Shown: in pieces, positions 1 to 9,444 of the stretch
How the letters are laid out: the number at the start of each line of letters is the position of its first letter
How positions within the stretch are numbered: position 1 is the first letter of the stretch
Source of the DNA: Methanobacterium ferruginis
GTDB taxonomy: Archaea > Methanobacteriota > Methanobacteria > Methanobacteriales > Methanobacteriaceae
DNA: 64,000 nt
Assembly: GCF_030296715.1 (NCBI RefSeq)
Contig: NZ_AP027738.1
Coordinates: 1,892,026 to 1,956,025 of the forward strand
Direction: 5' to 3'
The notes under the pieces: model-generated
What the model was told of the DNA's origin: nothing
What the model saw: only the letters and a program-made list of their open reading frames with translations
The model's database searches: none
Position numbers and translations under genes: made by a program

Positions 1-74
1 AACACATCTCCCGGTTTTACGGTTGATTATCCTTTCGATCCTGATTTTTTTTCCAATCATGAACACCCTCCTGT

Positions 75-235
<161 letters not shown>

Positions 236-284
236 CCAACACTTATTAACATTTTCATAAACCTCCCCCATAAGAAGGACCCCT

Positions 285-1502
285 ATGAATAAAGAAGATG
301 AAACATTAATAAAAACTTTCTTCAGTGGCAACAGCTATGCCAAAAATACTCAAACTTTATACACTCTAGCCCTTACTAAATACTCACAATACCATAAACT
401 CACACTAGAAGAATTACTAACTGAAGCAGAAACCGAAGAAGATCAAGGAGTGCGTAAACGTCGTAGGAAAATAGGAACGCGAATAACAGAGTTTAAATCA
501 GCACTTGAATACATGCAAAAGTCTCCTAGCACAATAAAGTCTTACACTAATGCCATACGTTCATTTTATGACTATTACGATGTAACGCCACCAAAAATTA
601 AATTTAAAAACGGTAGTATTGGATTAGAAAAAAATTATGGTCGTCTACTTAAACAAGAAGACATCCGTAAAATGTGTGATGCCGGAGACACACGAGCCCG
701 AGCCATAATATACACCCTGGCCCTGACAGGTTTAAGTCAGGCAGAGCTCAGACGTATTAAAATTTATCAATTATTATCAGCTGCAACTGAAGTACTTGAA
801 AGACCTGTTAAGAGTGTAGAGGAATTTATCGATCTGGAAGAAGAACTCAACAATGAAATCCTCACATTGTATATCACCCGGGAAAAGGTGCATCATCGTT
901 ATTTTACATTTTTACCTCCTGAAGCCACACGACAAATAATTGCATATCTCCGAGAACGTGTAAACAGTGAAAACGAGAAATTACACCCTTCAAAATACCA
1001 CAATAATGGCCTATTATTTTTAAGCGTAAGTGGAAATCCACTCAGTAATTATGCACTCAGAATTCTCATAGTCAGATGTGGCCGGTATGCTGGATTCGAA
1101 TCAACATCTGAAAATAGGGCATATAGTTACTGGCGTGGCCATGCACTCAGAAAATATTTCATAAGCACCTTTAAAAATAAGACTGGTGAGGGTGAACTGG
1201 CTGAGTGGTTGGCAGGTCACAAGCCACGATTCACTGATGAAACATACTGGTACAAAGATATTGATGACCTGAAAGAAAAATATATGGCAGCCCTGGAATA
1301 TTTAAGCATAGAAAACACTCGAGTTAAAGACATTGAAACCAAGGATTATAAAGAAGTCATGAAAAACTTACCAGTGGTGGGTTGGGTTTTAGAATTACTG
1401 GATGATGATCCTGAATTCCAGAAAGAAGCCAAAAAAGCATTGAACCGTAAGAAAAAAATATTAAAAAACAATGAAAATTACTTGTTAATCTTTATACTTT
1501 AG
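285..1502 (+). CDS. int: tyrosine recombinase / phage-type integrase
   Basis: 405-aa ORF. Box II-like motif RGHALRKYF, and AGHKPRFTDETYWY gives the His...Tyr nucleophile region. LALTGLSQAELRR resembles box I. The stop codon overlaps the 19-bp repeat core at 1500-1518, and the gene is flanked by att-like direct repeats. Confidence 0.8.
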   Translation: MNKEDETLIKTFFSGNSYAKNTQTLYTLALTKYSQYHKLTLEELLTEAETEEDQGVRKRRRKIGTRITEFKSALEYMQKSPSTIKSYTNAIRSFYDYYDVTPPKIKFKNGSIGLEKNYGRLLKQEDIRKMCDAGDTRARAIIYTLALTGLSQAELRRIKIYQLLSAATEVLERPVKSVEEFIDLEEELNNEILTLYITREKVHHRYFTFLPPEATRQIIAYLRERVNSENEKLHPSKYHNNGLLFLSVSGNPLSNYALRILIVRCGRYAGFESTSENRAYSYWRGHALRKYFISTFKNKTGEGELAEWLAGHKPRFTDETYWYKDIDDLKEKYMAALEYLSIENTRVKDIETKDYKEVMKNLPVVGWVLELLDDDPEFQKEAKKALNRKKKILKNNENYLLIFIL

Positions 1503-2031
1503 GAGACCAGAGTTTTAATTCTTTTAATCTAGTTGGTATCCCATCATCACCACAAGACTCCAACCATCCCTTATTGGAACTGATCTTCTCAGTACCTTTT
1601 GCTGAGTGCAGGAAATCTAAAAGTCCGCGGTTTCTGATGATAGTTTCACGAGGTTTCAAAGTAGATGACCAAATATAAAACACTTTAAATGTAGTGTCCG
1701 GATGATAACCTCCACCAAGATCAACTGATAAAACATCACAGCCACCTAATTCGTTTACTTTTCGAGCAACTTCTTCCAGTGTCTCATGAAGACGCACATC
1801 ACTCTCGATAAACTCAATAGGAGTGCTAATTTCTTTAATTAGTTCATCTAATTTTTCTTTAGACTGGGAACCTTTATCCAATGCAATAATTTTACCTTCA
1901 AGTGCTAACTGGGCTATTATACGAGTGGAGTTACCAACATGGCAGCCAAGCTCCACTACAACATCATCCTTTTTTATAATGTCTCTTAGGACCTGTCTAT
2001 AAACTTCGATATCGTAAGCAACATTGATCAT
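1492..2031 (-). CDS. class I SAM-dependent methyltransferase-like protein (intact copy; target gene of the integrase module)
   Basis: 179 aa. Motif-I-like VVVELGCHVGNSTRIIAQLALEGKIIALD near the N-terminus. The last ~150 bp are duplicated at 75-235 and the first ~400 bp are duplicated at 54768-55175. Confidence 0.6.
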   Translation of the reverse strand: MINVAYDIEVYRQVLRDIIKKDDVVVELGCHVGNSTRIIAQLALEGKIIALDKGSQSKEKLDELIKEISTPIEFIESDVRLHETLEEVARKVNELGGCDVLSVDLGGGYHPDTTFKVFYIWSSTLKPRETIIRNRGLLDFLHSAKGTEKISSNKGWLESCGDDGIPTRLKELKLWSPKV

Positions 2032-2058
2032 GTGAATCTATCCCTGGAATTGTAATAT

Positions 2059-3483
2059 TCAATCAACATTTTTTAAAACAGATTTATCAATAATATAGTT
2101 CCCTACAGCTTTAGAAACTTCATGATCATCATCATGTAAAAGGCCTTTCTTGTGCAAATAAACGAACCCTTTAATAACAACTGCAAGTGCATATAGTGTG
2201 GATAATACCTCATTTTCGGCATATTCACTGTTTGCCCCATGTACTGAAGTAGATCTTTTATTATAAAGTTTTTTGAACCAGTTCACTAATTCTTCTTTCT
2301 TCCAAAATAGTTCATGTTCCCCTTCAAAAAGGCTTATTTTATTTTCGTCCCATTGGGTTGACAAAATAGTTGCACCATGTAGGCGGAATTGATATCCTAA
2401 TTGTTCGTGGCTTTGAACTAAAATTATCTCTAAACCAATAACTGAATCAATTAATCTATCCCTATCAAGATCATCTAAACAAGCTCTACCAAAAAACCCT
2501 AATATATAATCTAAATTATTATATTCATTTAATGTGTTAGAATAATCATCTATTAAATCTCTTAGTTTATCTCTTATTTCTGGCTTAACAACAAAATTAG
2601 AGCTATGATCACTAAGTAAAGTACACAATTTGGGGTCCCGTTTAATTATATCCCTTTGTCTTGGGTTACATGTATTAATTATACCAGTTCCTTCACGGAT
2701 AGGGTAAGGATTATTAGACAAAACCATGATAGCCCATTTGATCAAATCTAAAATTCTAAATAAATATTGTTGTAATTTTTTATCTCCAATTCCTCTATAT
2801 TCATCTTTATAAAATGTATACTCTATTTCCACAAATGATTCTGTGTACATGGGAGACTTGCTATCATAATTATCTGATGCATATGTTGCATTATGAGCAT
2901 TTTGTGATGCAAATACAGCCCTTTCAGTTTTATTCCACTTTCTAATTTTCACATTTAAATTTTCAGTTTGGAAGAAAATCAGTTCATCAATATTATTCAT
3001 CTCAATGGGACACAAAGTCGAAATCAGCTTAACTTTATTTAAATTCTGTATTTTATACAAACAGAGTTCAACTTGACTTTCCAGAACATCTTGTAACTCT
3101 TTTTCCCTCATATCACAAGGTTCATCAGCGTTTTTGTTTTCCACAGCTCTCTTAAATTGATTATTATCAAATTCATCAAATAATATAGATACAAGATTAT
3201 GATACAAAGTATATTTCTCTTTTTCATTATTTGCCAGTTCGGGAGTGACATAAGTATTCAGAAAATCCACTAATTTATGAGATACAGGTTCATAAATGAG
3301 TTTGTAGTTTGCAGAACGAACAAGAACATTTTTATAACTCCATTCCCAACCATTGTCACGAAATTGATATATCGGCCACTTTATTTTAATGATGTTATGG
3401 GGAGATGAAAGTTCTAATTTATTAACATCTGTTAGTAATTCTTTTAATTTATCTATATCTAAAAGTGTATCATTTTCTGGCAA
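2059..3483 (-). CDS. hypothetical 474-aa protein with a C-terminal HEPN-like Rx4H motif (candidate Abi/ApeA-like abortive-infection RNase)
   Basis: Long ORF that is very AT-rich compared with its neighbours. NKRSTSVHGANSEYAENEVLSTLYALAV lies about 60 aa from the C-terminus and matches the HEPN Rx4-6H pattern. No other domain was recognised. Confidence 0.5.
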   Translation of the reverse strand: MPENDTLLDIDKLKELLTDVNKLELSSPHNIIKIKWPIYQFRDNGWEWSYKNVLVRSANYKLIYEPVSHKLVDFLNTYVTPELANNEKEKYTLYHNLVSILFDEFDNNQFKRAVENKNADEPCDMREKELQDVLESQVELCLYKIQNLNKVKLISTLCPIEMNNIDELIFFQTENLNVKIRKWNKTERAVFASQNAHNATYASDNYDSKSPMYTESFVEIEYTFYKDEYRGIGDKKLQQYLFRILDLIKWAIMVLSNNPYPIREGTGIINTCNPRQRDIIKRDPKLCTLLSDHSSNFVVKPEIRDKLRDLIDDYSNTLNEYNNLDYILGFFGRACLDDLDRDRLIDSVIGLEIILVQSHEQLGYQFRLHGATILSTQWDENKISLFEGEHELFWKKEELVNWFKKLYNKRSTSVHGANSEYAENEVLSTLYALAVVIKGFVYLHKKGLLHDDDHEVSKAVGNYIIDKSVLKNVD

Positions 3484-3811
3484 ATTATAACCCCTTTATA
3501 TACGTTGAATATTCGTAAAATTAAATCAAATGGGATTCTATTATTTTTTAGTCTTCAGCTTTAGTATCTCTACCCTCAAATGATTCTATATCATTAAGAA
3601 TATTATGTAAGGTTATATAAAATCAGGTTTATTTTTTTATATTGATATAACAGGAAGCATTTTTCAGAAACATATTACTTCTCACATGCTCTTTCTCTTG
3701 TTCCTTAAATCCCTCCCCTGAGTGATAAGCAACTAACAAAAATAAATAATAAAAATGGGGACGTAGCCATGGAGGGCCTAGATCCCGACCAAAGAATCAT
3801 AATATCTCTCC

Positions 3812-4084
3812 ATGGCTTCTTCACACACCCCGTTACCAGTGGTGGTGCAATTGGAGAGTATCATTAAACAACCTAATATAATTTATGAGAACAACCCTAG
3901 ACAAGTTCTCCTAATCCTCGGAATGCAATATGACGAAATCTACAGTAAGATATTACAACTCCAACCTGGAACCCAACAATACGAGGATCTGAAAACACAA
4001 GGCCAGGAAAACATCCAAGCCCGGGAAAAAATCTTATCAAACTTATTATTAGGATATTCAGATCTGGAGGTAAAATTATGGTAA
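3812..4084 (+). CDS. hypothetical small protein (90 aa)
   Basis: ORF only; no motif recognised. Confidence 0.25.
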   Translation: MASSHTPLPVVVQLESIIKQPNIIYENNPRQVLLILGMQYDEIYSKILQLQPGTQQYEDLKTQGQENIQAREKILSNLLLGYSDLEVKLW

Positions 4085-4202
4085 GCCTCCAGGGAAGAAT
4101 AGGGTTTAATTTTTTTAATTACAGGTCAGAAGAAAAGAATTGTTATATTGATACAAAAGTAGTTCAATTCCTGAAATTTAGACATAGCAATGAAATAAAA
4201 AA

Positions 4203-4439
4203 TTATTCAGAAGATTCTTTTTTAAGGGTGGTAATAGATGATCTGATCATCTCTGCTTTTTGTCCAGCAGTATCAGCAACAGTTTTTAAAACGTCTTCGT
4301 TAGATAAAATAACTATAGGAACTCCTTCAGATACTAGGCTTCTAATTGATTGTCCTGTTTCATCTTTGATTATTTTAAGTAATTCGTATTCTTCAAGTGG
4401 AACATCAATAGTTACTTTAGCTGAAACCAATTTTTTCAT
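4203..4439 (-). CDS. small RHH-like (beta-strand then two helices) DNA-binding protein, paralog 1 of 3
   Basis: 78 aa. KVTIDVPLEEYELLKIIKDETGQSIRSLVSEG has a beta-alpha-alpha pattern. The C-terminus is KKESSE*. The repeated 3' DNA motif aaaattattcagaRgaNtct is shared with the next two ORFs. Confidence 0.5.
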   Translation of the reverse strand: MKKLVSAKVTIDVPLEEYELLKIIKDETGQSIRSLVSEGVPIVILSNEDVLKTVADTAGQKAEMIRSSITTLKKESSE

Positions 4440-4469
4440 TAGAACACCTCATCAAAATGAAAAAGAAAA

Positions 4470-4706
4470 TTATTCAGAGGACTCTGTTTTTTTAAATTCC
4501 ATGTGTGCACGCATAGCTTCCAACATTTCTTTTGCTAAGAGGTCGTCATTTAATTTCCCATATTTAAAACTGACAAAATCTCTAAAATCTTCAAATGTTT
4601 TTTTATTGATTTCAAATTCAAGTCCGTTGATGTCAATTACTATTTTTTCTTGGGGCATTGTTAATCCCTCTTTAAAAACTTCGTTAGATACTATTTGTGA
4701 AAACAA
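4470..4706 (-). CDS. small protein, paralog 2 (C-terminus KKTESSE*)
   Basis: 78 aa. The 3' end is repeated in paralogs 1 and 3, and the units sit about 265 bp apart. Confidence 0.45.
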   Translation of the reverse strand: MFSQIVSNEVFKEGLTMPQEKIVIDINGLEFEINKKTFEDFRDFVSFKYGKLNDDLLAKEMLEAMRAHMEFKKTESSE

Positions 4707-4712
4707 AAAAAA

Positions 4713-4853
4713 TTATTCAGAATCTACGTATTTTTTGACTGCTTCACGTAAAATAAATGATCTTGATCGTTCTTGTTCTTCAGCTATGGCATCGATCTTT
4801 TTCAAGTCTTCTTCTTCTATATCGAAACAGGCTTTCACTTTCATGATGTCCAT
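4713..4853 (-). CDS. CopG/ribbon-helix-helix family small protein (46 aa), paralog 3
   Basis: Translated by hand as MDIMKVKACFDIEEEDLKKIDAIAEEQERSRSFILREAVKKYVDSE*, which carries the RHH signature (b-strand, then RSRSxxIREAV helix). It falls below the ORF-track length cutoff. Confidence 0.55.
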   Translation of the reverse strand: MDIMKVKACFDIEEEDLKKIDAIAEEQERSRSFILREAVKKYVDSE

Positions 4854-5094
4854 ATTATCTTTCCTTATATTAAATTATTTACTATTTTTACTTCTCATAT
4901 TAAATATAATTTTCTATAATATTCTATTAGAATATATTAGAAAATTATATATACTATTAGATTCTTAGTATAACTTGTCAAAAGACGAAATTCTTCAGAC
5001 ATTGTATTTCAATTTTCGTGAGGGCGTGTTTCTTTTTTTGCGTCCTCCAAACCCCCTCTATTCACGCCTGGGGGGATGAATTTGGAGGAAAAAC

Positions 5095-5235
5095 ATGTTA
5101 AAAAGCAGAATAATAGAAGGCCGAAAAGATCGGTTCGAACAAAAACTCGAAAATGCAGAAGCCCAGGGATGGGCTCCTAAAGATCGTAGTAAAAATACTG
5201 TTGTAATTCCACAACCAAATGGTGGATTTTTTTAG
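5095..5235 (+). CDS. small hypothetical protein (46 aa)
   Basis: GGAGG lies upstream of the ATG at 5095. Translation is MLKSRIIEGRKDRFEQKLENAEAQGWAPKDRSKNTVVIPQPNGGFF*. It precedes the higher-GC gene cluster. Confidence 0.3.
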   Translation: MLKSRIIEGRKDRFEQKLENAEAQGWAPKDRSKNTVVIPQPNGGFF

Positions 5236-5629
5236 TACATACGGTGGTAGTCCAACGCTGGGAGGTGGACTAATGACTCTAAATCACCGTGTTACCCATG
5301 TCTTGGACGAACTTGTAATTATGGATCCTGGCCGGGACTTGACCCTGGTCTCAGTGGGTAACAAATTCAAACTTTACAGGGGAGCTGAACAAGTCGGTGA
5401 GGATTTAACCCTGGCTGATTTGAGGAACATCTCCAGGCAAGCAGTGAAATTTAATATTGTGCAACTGGTCGATGTCAGTCACCTGATTTTTTCAGGGTAT
5501 ATCATAACCCCTAATGATTACATCAAAATCGAAGATGATGTTGCCAGAGCATTCCTTCATCTGATTAAAAAGATGAAATTTCATGAACCTGACAGTGTGG
5601 CTACTCCAGGGGTGGAGGTGGCCATATGA
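5219..5629 (+). CDS. hypothetical protein (136 aa), first gene of a higher-GC 4-gene operon
   Basis: ORF with a start/stop overlap onto the next gene (ATGA at 5626-5629). GC is visibly higher than in flanking DNA. Confidence 0.5.
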   Translation: MVDFFSTYGGSPTLGGGLMTLNHRVTHVLDELVIMDPGRDLTLVSVGNKFKLYRGAEQVGEDLTLADLRNISRQAVKFNIVQLVDVSHLIFSGYIITPNDYIKIEDDVARAFLHLIKKMKFHEPDSVATPGVEVAI

Positions 5630-6054
5630 GCTACATTTTTAACAAAAATCACAACCGTACCCACGTCCCGGGCTGTAGGGCCATAGGGATGATGAACCTG
5701 GGTAAAAATGGTGTGGAAGTGGAAGAACCTCGTGGCCATGGTTGTGGATGGTGTGGAACTCCAGCCGGCCGTGTAAATTATGCCCCTAGGGATTCTGATT
5801 CTGGCCTGGACAAGTATATTGGTGAGAAGATTTGCCATGACCCGACCATCCGAGAAGTTCTGAAGAAGAATGGTTGCAGCTGTGGTTCCCACACAGGTGA
5901 CATCAGAATGCATCCTCATGCAGATGGGATCCAGGTCCCGACTGAAGATGGAACATGGTGGATCTATTTCCACTGCTACAAATGTGGCCATGACACCAGC
6001 TTATCCAAAGTTCCAGAACGTATAATCAGAGAAGTGGCCAGTGAGGTGATCTAA
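5626..6054 (+). CDS. Cys/His-rich putative metal-binding protein (142 aa)
   Basis: HGCGWCG, CHDP...GCSCGSHTGD and HCYKCGH clusters. The gene is translationally coupled to both neighbours. Confidence 0.55.
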   Translation: MSYIFNKNHNRTHVPGCRAIGMMNLGKNGVEVEEPRGHGCGWCGTPAGRVNYAPRDSDSGLDKYIGEKICHDPTIREVLKKNGCSCGSHTGDIRMHPHADGIQVPTEDGTWWIYFHCYKCGHDTSLSKVPERIIREVASEVI

Positions 6055-6282
6055 ATGCAGGAATATAAAGTTGACACAGTCAGCCGGGTCCAGGCAATCC
6101 TGCGTTCAAAGGAACCACACAGACAGATAATTAGTATCAGAGAAGCCATGAATGACTACGACTATCCGAGGGAATTTGAAACACTTCCAGAATTCCCCGA
6201 TGAACCGGTCAGTGATGGTACTAAAGTTTTTCAAAAATTCAAAGATGGACGTATTTTCAGAATATCTGTATTGAGGGGATGA
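6055..6282 (+). CDS. hypothetical protein (75 aa)
   Basis: ORF that follows directly after the previous stop codon. Confidence 0.45.
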   Translation: MQEYKVDTVSRVQAILRSKEPHRQIISIREAMNDYDYPREFETLPEFPDEPVSDGTKVFQKFKDGRIFRISVLRG

Positions 6283-6286
6283 TACT

Positions 6287-6607
6287 ATGATGGTTGGCAG
6301 TTTAATTGAAAAATATAGGCTGAAACAGGAAGAACGGACTGAAATCCTTTTACAACAACTCATCAAGCAGGGTGTAGATCCTCTGGTTGTTCAGATTTTA
6401 GCTGAGGAGTACCTGGTTGATTTCCAGGAATACAATGGAGAGATTTTATTACATCCACTTTATGAAGGCCGCCCTAACTATTCAGAATTTAAGGAGCTGG
6501 CCACTCTCATGATTGATGAGGAAATCACCTTCACTCATGAGACCCAGGAATTCATTTTAGAGGACAATGCATTCCTGGAACTGGCCCGTAAGCTCTTGGA
6601 GGAATAG
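6287..6607 (+). CDS. hypothetical acidic protein (106 aa)
   Basis: ORF in the same operon. Confidence 0.45.
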   Translation: MMVGSLIEKYRLKQEERTEILLQQLIKQGVDPLVVQILAEEYLVDFQEYNGEILLHPLYEGRPNYSEFKELATLMIDEEITFTHETQEFILEDNAFLELARKLLEE

Positions 6608-6819
6608 ATGATGAGAAGGACACTCCAGGCCCGGGAGCGGTGTTCATGGTGGAAGATCTTTTTAATTAGATATCGGTACCAGGTACTCTGTCTCATCATC
6701 ATTGCGGTGTTATTAGCTGCACTGGCCTGGAGTCATAATCCTGCTGAATTGGAAGGAGTGTATGCACTTGGGTGAGATTTGTATGATGGGGTTGTTTTCA
6801 AGTGTAACTTTTGATTTAT

Positions 6820-6936
6820 GGTCTGGATCTTGTAGTGTAAACGTATTACAGTATGACGTTTACACTTTGGATTTTGCGAATAGGTCTGGATCTCTGGGTG
6901 TAAACGTACTACTGTATTACGTTTACACCTTGGATC
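6820..6936. repeat. two tandem copies (~53 bp each, about 63 bp apart) of the element GGTCTGGATCT...GTGTAAACGTAnTACnGTAtnACGTTTACAC..TTGGAT, each with an internal palindrome GTGTAAACGT/ACGTTTACAC
   Basis: Read directly at 6821-6873 and 6883-6936 in a 420-bp intergenic region. Confidence 0.8.
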
Positions 6937-6954
6937 TCCCTATACATTCGTAGA

Positions 6955-6995
<41 letters not shown>

Positions 6996-7026
6996 AGAAA
7001 GAAGAAAGAAAAGGAGAAAGTTCGCA

Positions 7027-7524
7027 ATGGCTAAAACCAAAATCGTCAGTGCCCGAATAGAACCATGGGTAATTGAAACACTGAAAAACCATGGCCTCAC
7101 CACCAGAGATGCCTTGGAGTATGTTGCAGAACTCCTATCCAGCCCTGATGATCTAGTATGGGAACAGATCAGACGACACAGAGTCACGATAAATAAGCTC
7201 GAACTAGAATGCGAAGCCATCATGGGCCGGACTGATGAAATTCTTGAAGAAATCAAAAGCAAGGAATCTGAAATATCGAAATTGGAAAAACGCCTTAAAC
7301 GTAATCCTGAGGACATGGCTTTTGAAAAGGCAGGACCTGCAATTGCCAGTATTCTCAAAATAGCTAAACGATTCAACTGCGAACCATGGGAAATAAATAG
7401 ATTCACTGGACATGACACGTTAACTTTCCAGGCCAATAAGGTAGGATTGACTAAAACTACACTGGAAGAATTGTTAAAACGTGAATATGAAATCAAAAAT
7501 TCAATTTCATCAACTGAAGGATGA
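7027..7524 (+). CDS. hypothetical protein (165 aa), coiled-coil middle region
   Basis: ORF. AGGAGAAAG lies upstream. Confidence 0.5.
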   Translation: MAKTKIVSARIEPWVIETLKNHGLTTRDALEYVAELLSSPDDLVWEQIRRHRVTINKLELECEAIMGRTDEILEEIKSKESEISKLEKRLKRNPEDMAFEKAGPAIASILKIAKRFNCEPWEINRFTGHDTLTFQANKVGLTKTTLEELLKREYEIKNSISSTEG

Positions 7525-7534
7525 AGAGGTGTAC

Positions 7535-8203
7535 ATGAAAATGGCTGAAGCAAAAGAACAGAAAATAAAAGTTAAAATCCCTGAAACCAGCAACTGGTGG
7601 GATCCTAAAAAGATTGGAGAATGTCTAGTTGGAACATATTGTAAAAAGCAACCTACAACTTTCAATGGACGTAAAAACACGATTTACAATATAAAAAGTG
7701 AGTCTTGCCCTATACGAGATCGTAACGATATGGTAAAGTTTTATGGTACTGTTGTCTTGAACGATGTCCTTGGTAAAATCAAGCCAGGTTATGATGTTGA
7801 AATAATTTATCGTGGCGAACAACCTAGCAAAGACCGGAAAAAGAAGCCTATGAAACTTTTCGATGTCAGTTTTCTGGTGGATCCTACAGATCCTATCCTA
7901 GAAAAAATCTACCCTGACGGTTTACCTGCTGACATACAAGAGCAGGTTGATAAACTCACCGACTCCACAGGTGTAGCTGGTGATGATGAAGATGAACTGA
8001 ACACTTTGAACAACAAGGATAACAGGGAAATTCAGGTTTTCCTGGATGGAGTGGAACAAGATCTCAGGGATGGAAATAAAGAAGTCACTGAAGCCAATGT
8101 TTGGAACTTAGCCCGGGAGCAGGTTGAGGATGATACTGAATTCCTGGAATTGGTGAAGATGGAGATCCGTGAAAGAACTTATCCTACTAAGGAGGGAGAA
8201 TAA
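7535..8203 (+). CDS. hypothetical protein with an acidic C-terminal half
   Basis: The ORF track starts it at 7481, overlapping the upstream gene. An internal ATG at 7535 follows GAGGTG and is the likelier start. Confidence 0.45.
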   Translation: MKMAEAKEQKIKVKIPETSNWWDPKKIGECLVGTYCKKQPTTFNGRKNTIYNIKSESCPIRDRNDMVKFYGTVVLNDVLGKIKPGYDVEIIYRGEQPSKDRKKKPMKLFDVSFLVDPTDPILEKIYPDGLPADIQEQVDKLTDSTGVAGDDEDELNTLNNKDNREIQVFLDGVEQDLRDGNKEVTEANVWNLAREQVEDDTEFLELVKMEIRERTYPTKEGE

Positions 8204-8486
8204 CATTCCCCTCCTTAAGATCTCCACCAAAAAAGGAATACACAGGGCCTTTGAGGATGTTATCAGGAGACATGGCCCTCAAACCTGCAGTAGCATAGTG
8301 GACACTGTGAAAATGGAATATAAAATTACTCGTGTCCAGATTGATAAGGACCGTGCAGCCCAGTACCTAGTTCAAAACCCGAATATTATCATCCTTGGTG
8401 ATATTCAACAGAACGGAAAAGTCCACCTCTATGGATTACACGATGTGGACTATAATTGTAAAACCCTTGCAAAGGTGGTGGCATAA
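8169..8486 (+). CDS. hypothetical protein (105 aa)
   Basis: ORF; the start is uncertain. Confidence 0.35.
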   Translation: MKELILLRRENNIPLLKISTKKGIHRAFEDVIRRHGPQTCSSIVDTVKMEYKITRVQIDKDRAAQYLVQNPNIIILGDIQQNGKVHLYGLHDVDYNCKTLAKVVA

Positions 8487-8487
8487 T

Positions 8488-8919
8488 ATGCCAAGAGGAC
8501 CATTATGGAGTGAGAGAGAAGAAGCCATACTTATAAAAGCTGTTAATGAAGGTAAAAAACCATCTGAGATTAGTAAACGTTTTAAAGAATTGCATAATTT
8601 CCATGATGATATTCACCTGCGCAGTGCAGATGCTATCAGCCGACACCTGCGTAGTATGAAATCACGTAAAAATGGAATAAAAAAAGCACCAAATTCGGGG
8701 AGGAAATGGGATCCAGATGATGATCATCGCCTCCTGGAATTATACCGTGACACCACACTTGAACCAGATGAAATCGCCCTACGGTTACACAGAACCGAAG
8801 GTGGTGTGAAGACTCGGGTAAAAACCCTGGGTATTGGCCACCTCAGAGAACCCAAACCCGGAATCCTAGGTAGATTATTGAATTTTATCCGTGCAGGTGT
8901 CAACACCAACACCCACTAA
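8488..8919 (+). CDS. Myb/SANT-like double-repeat DNA-binding protein
   Basis: MPRGPLWSEREEAILIKAVNEGKKPSEISKRF and KWDPDDDHRLLELYRDTTLEPDEIALRL have W..E(E/D)..L spacing typical of SANT/Myb repeats. Start is taken at 8488. Confidence 0.5.
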   Translation: MPRGPLWSEREEAILIKAVNEGKKPSEISKRFKELHNFHDDIHLRSADAISRHLRSMKSRKNGIKKAPNSGRKWDPDDDHRLLELYRDTTLEPDEIALRLHRTEGGVKTRVKTLGIGHLREPKPGILGRLLNFIRAGVNTNTH

Positions 8920-9444
8920 AAAAATTGGGAGATTAGGAGTATGAAAGAAGTAACCAAAAACAAAGAAGAAGTTGATGTGGATCAAATAATCGAGAACACC
9001 CGTGAAAGCTGGAGAAAACTGAAAAAACACCTACAACAATATGAGGCGGGGGTGGGCCAATAAACTTTTTACTTTTTTTACAAGCCAACTGTGCCTGGAT
9101 CATCTACTGGATCATCACTATCATCGCCCTGTTGGGTGTGGTTTTGAATATTGAACAGGACAGTCGCTGCTTTCTAATATGGATGTTTACCAATGCGGCA
9201 TTCGCAGTTCGAACATTCTTTTTAGGAGCTTATGAAATGGCAGTGTTATTTAGTATTTATTTTTTATTTGCAATTGCAGGTGTGTACAGGTGGAAACAAA
9301 AAGCAAAAACAGTTGAGGAGGTGCTAGGATGAAATCAAAAATTGTAATTGTAGAATGTAAAGAAGAACAGGTGCTCAGTAATAAGTTACTGTACAAGATT
9401 TAATTACTGTTCCTTCCTGTTTAGGTATTTTAAATTGAATAAGA

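Noticed and set aside
4078-4968. 296-aa plus-strand ORF spanning the RHH paralog array
   Set aside because: It is low-complexity, Ser/Ile/Leu-rich, and antisense to three well-formed small genes with clear starts and stops. It is very likely a spurious open frame in AT-rich DNA.
5581-5991. 136-aa minus-strand ORF overlapping 5219-6054
   Set aside because: It is antisense to two translationally coupled genes in a GC-rich segment, where long antisense ORFs are expected by chance.
6762-6953. 63-aa ORF covering the palindromic tandem repeats
   Set aside because: Its sequence is dictated by the repeats, and there is no RBS. It was treated as a non-coding regulatory region.
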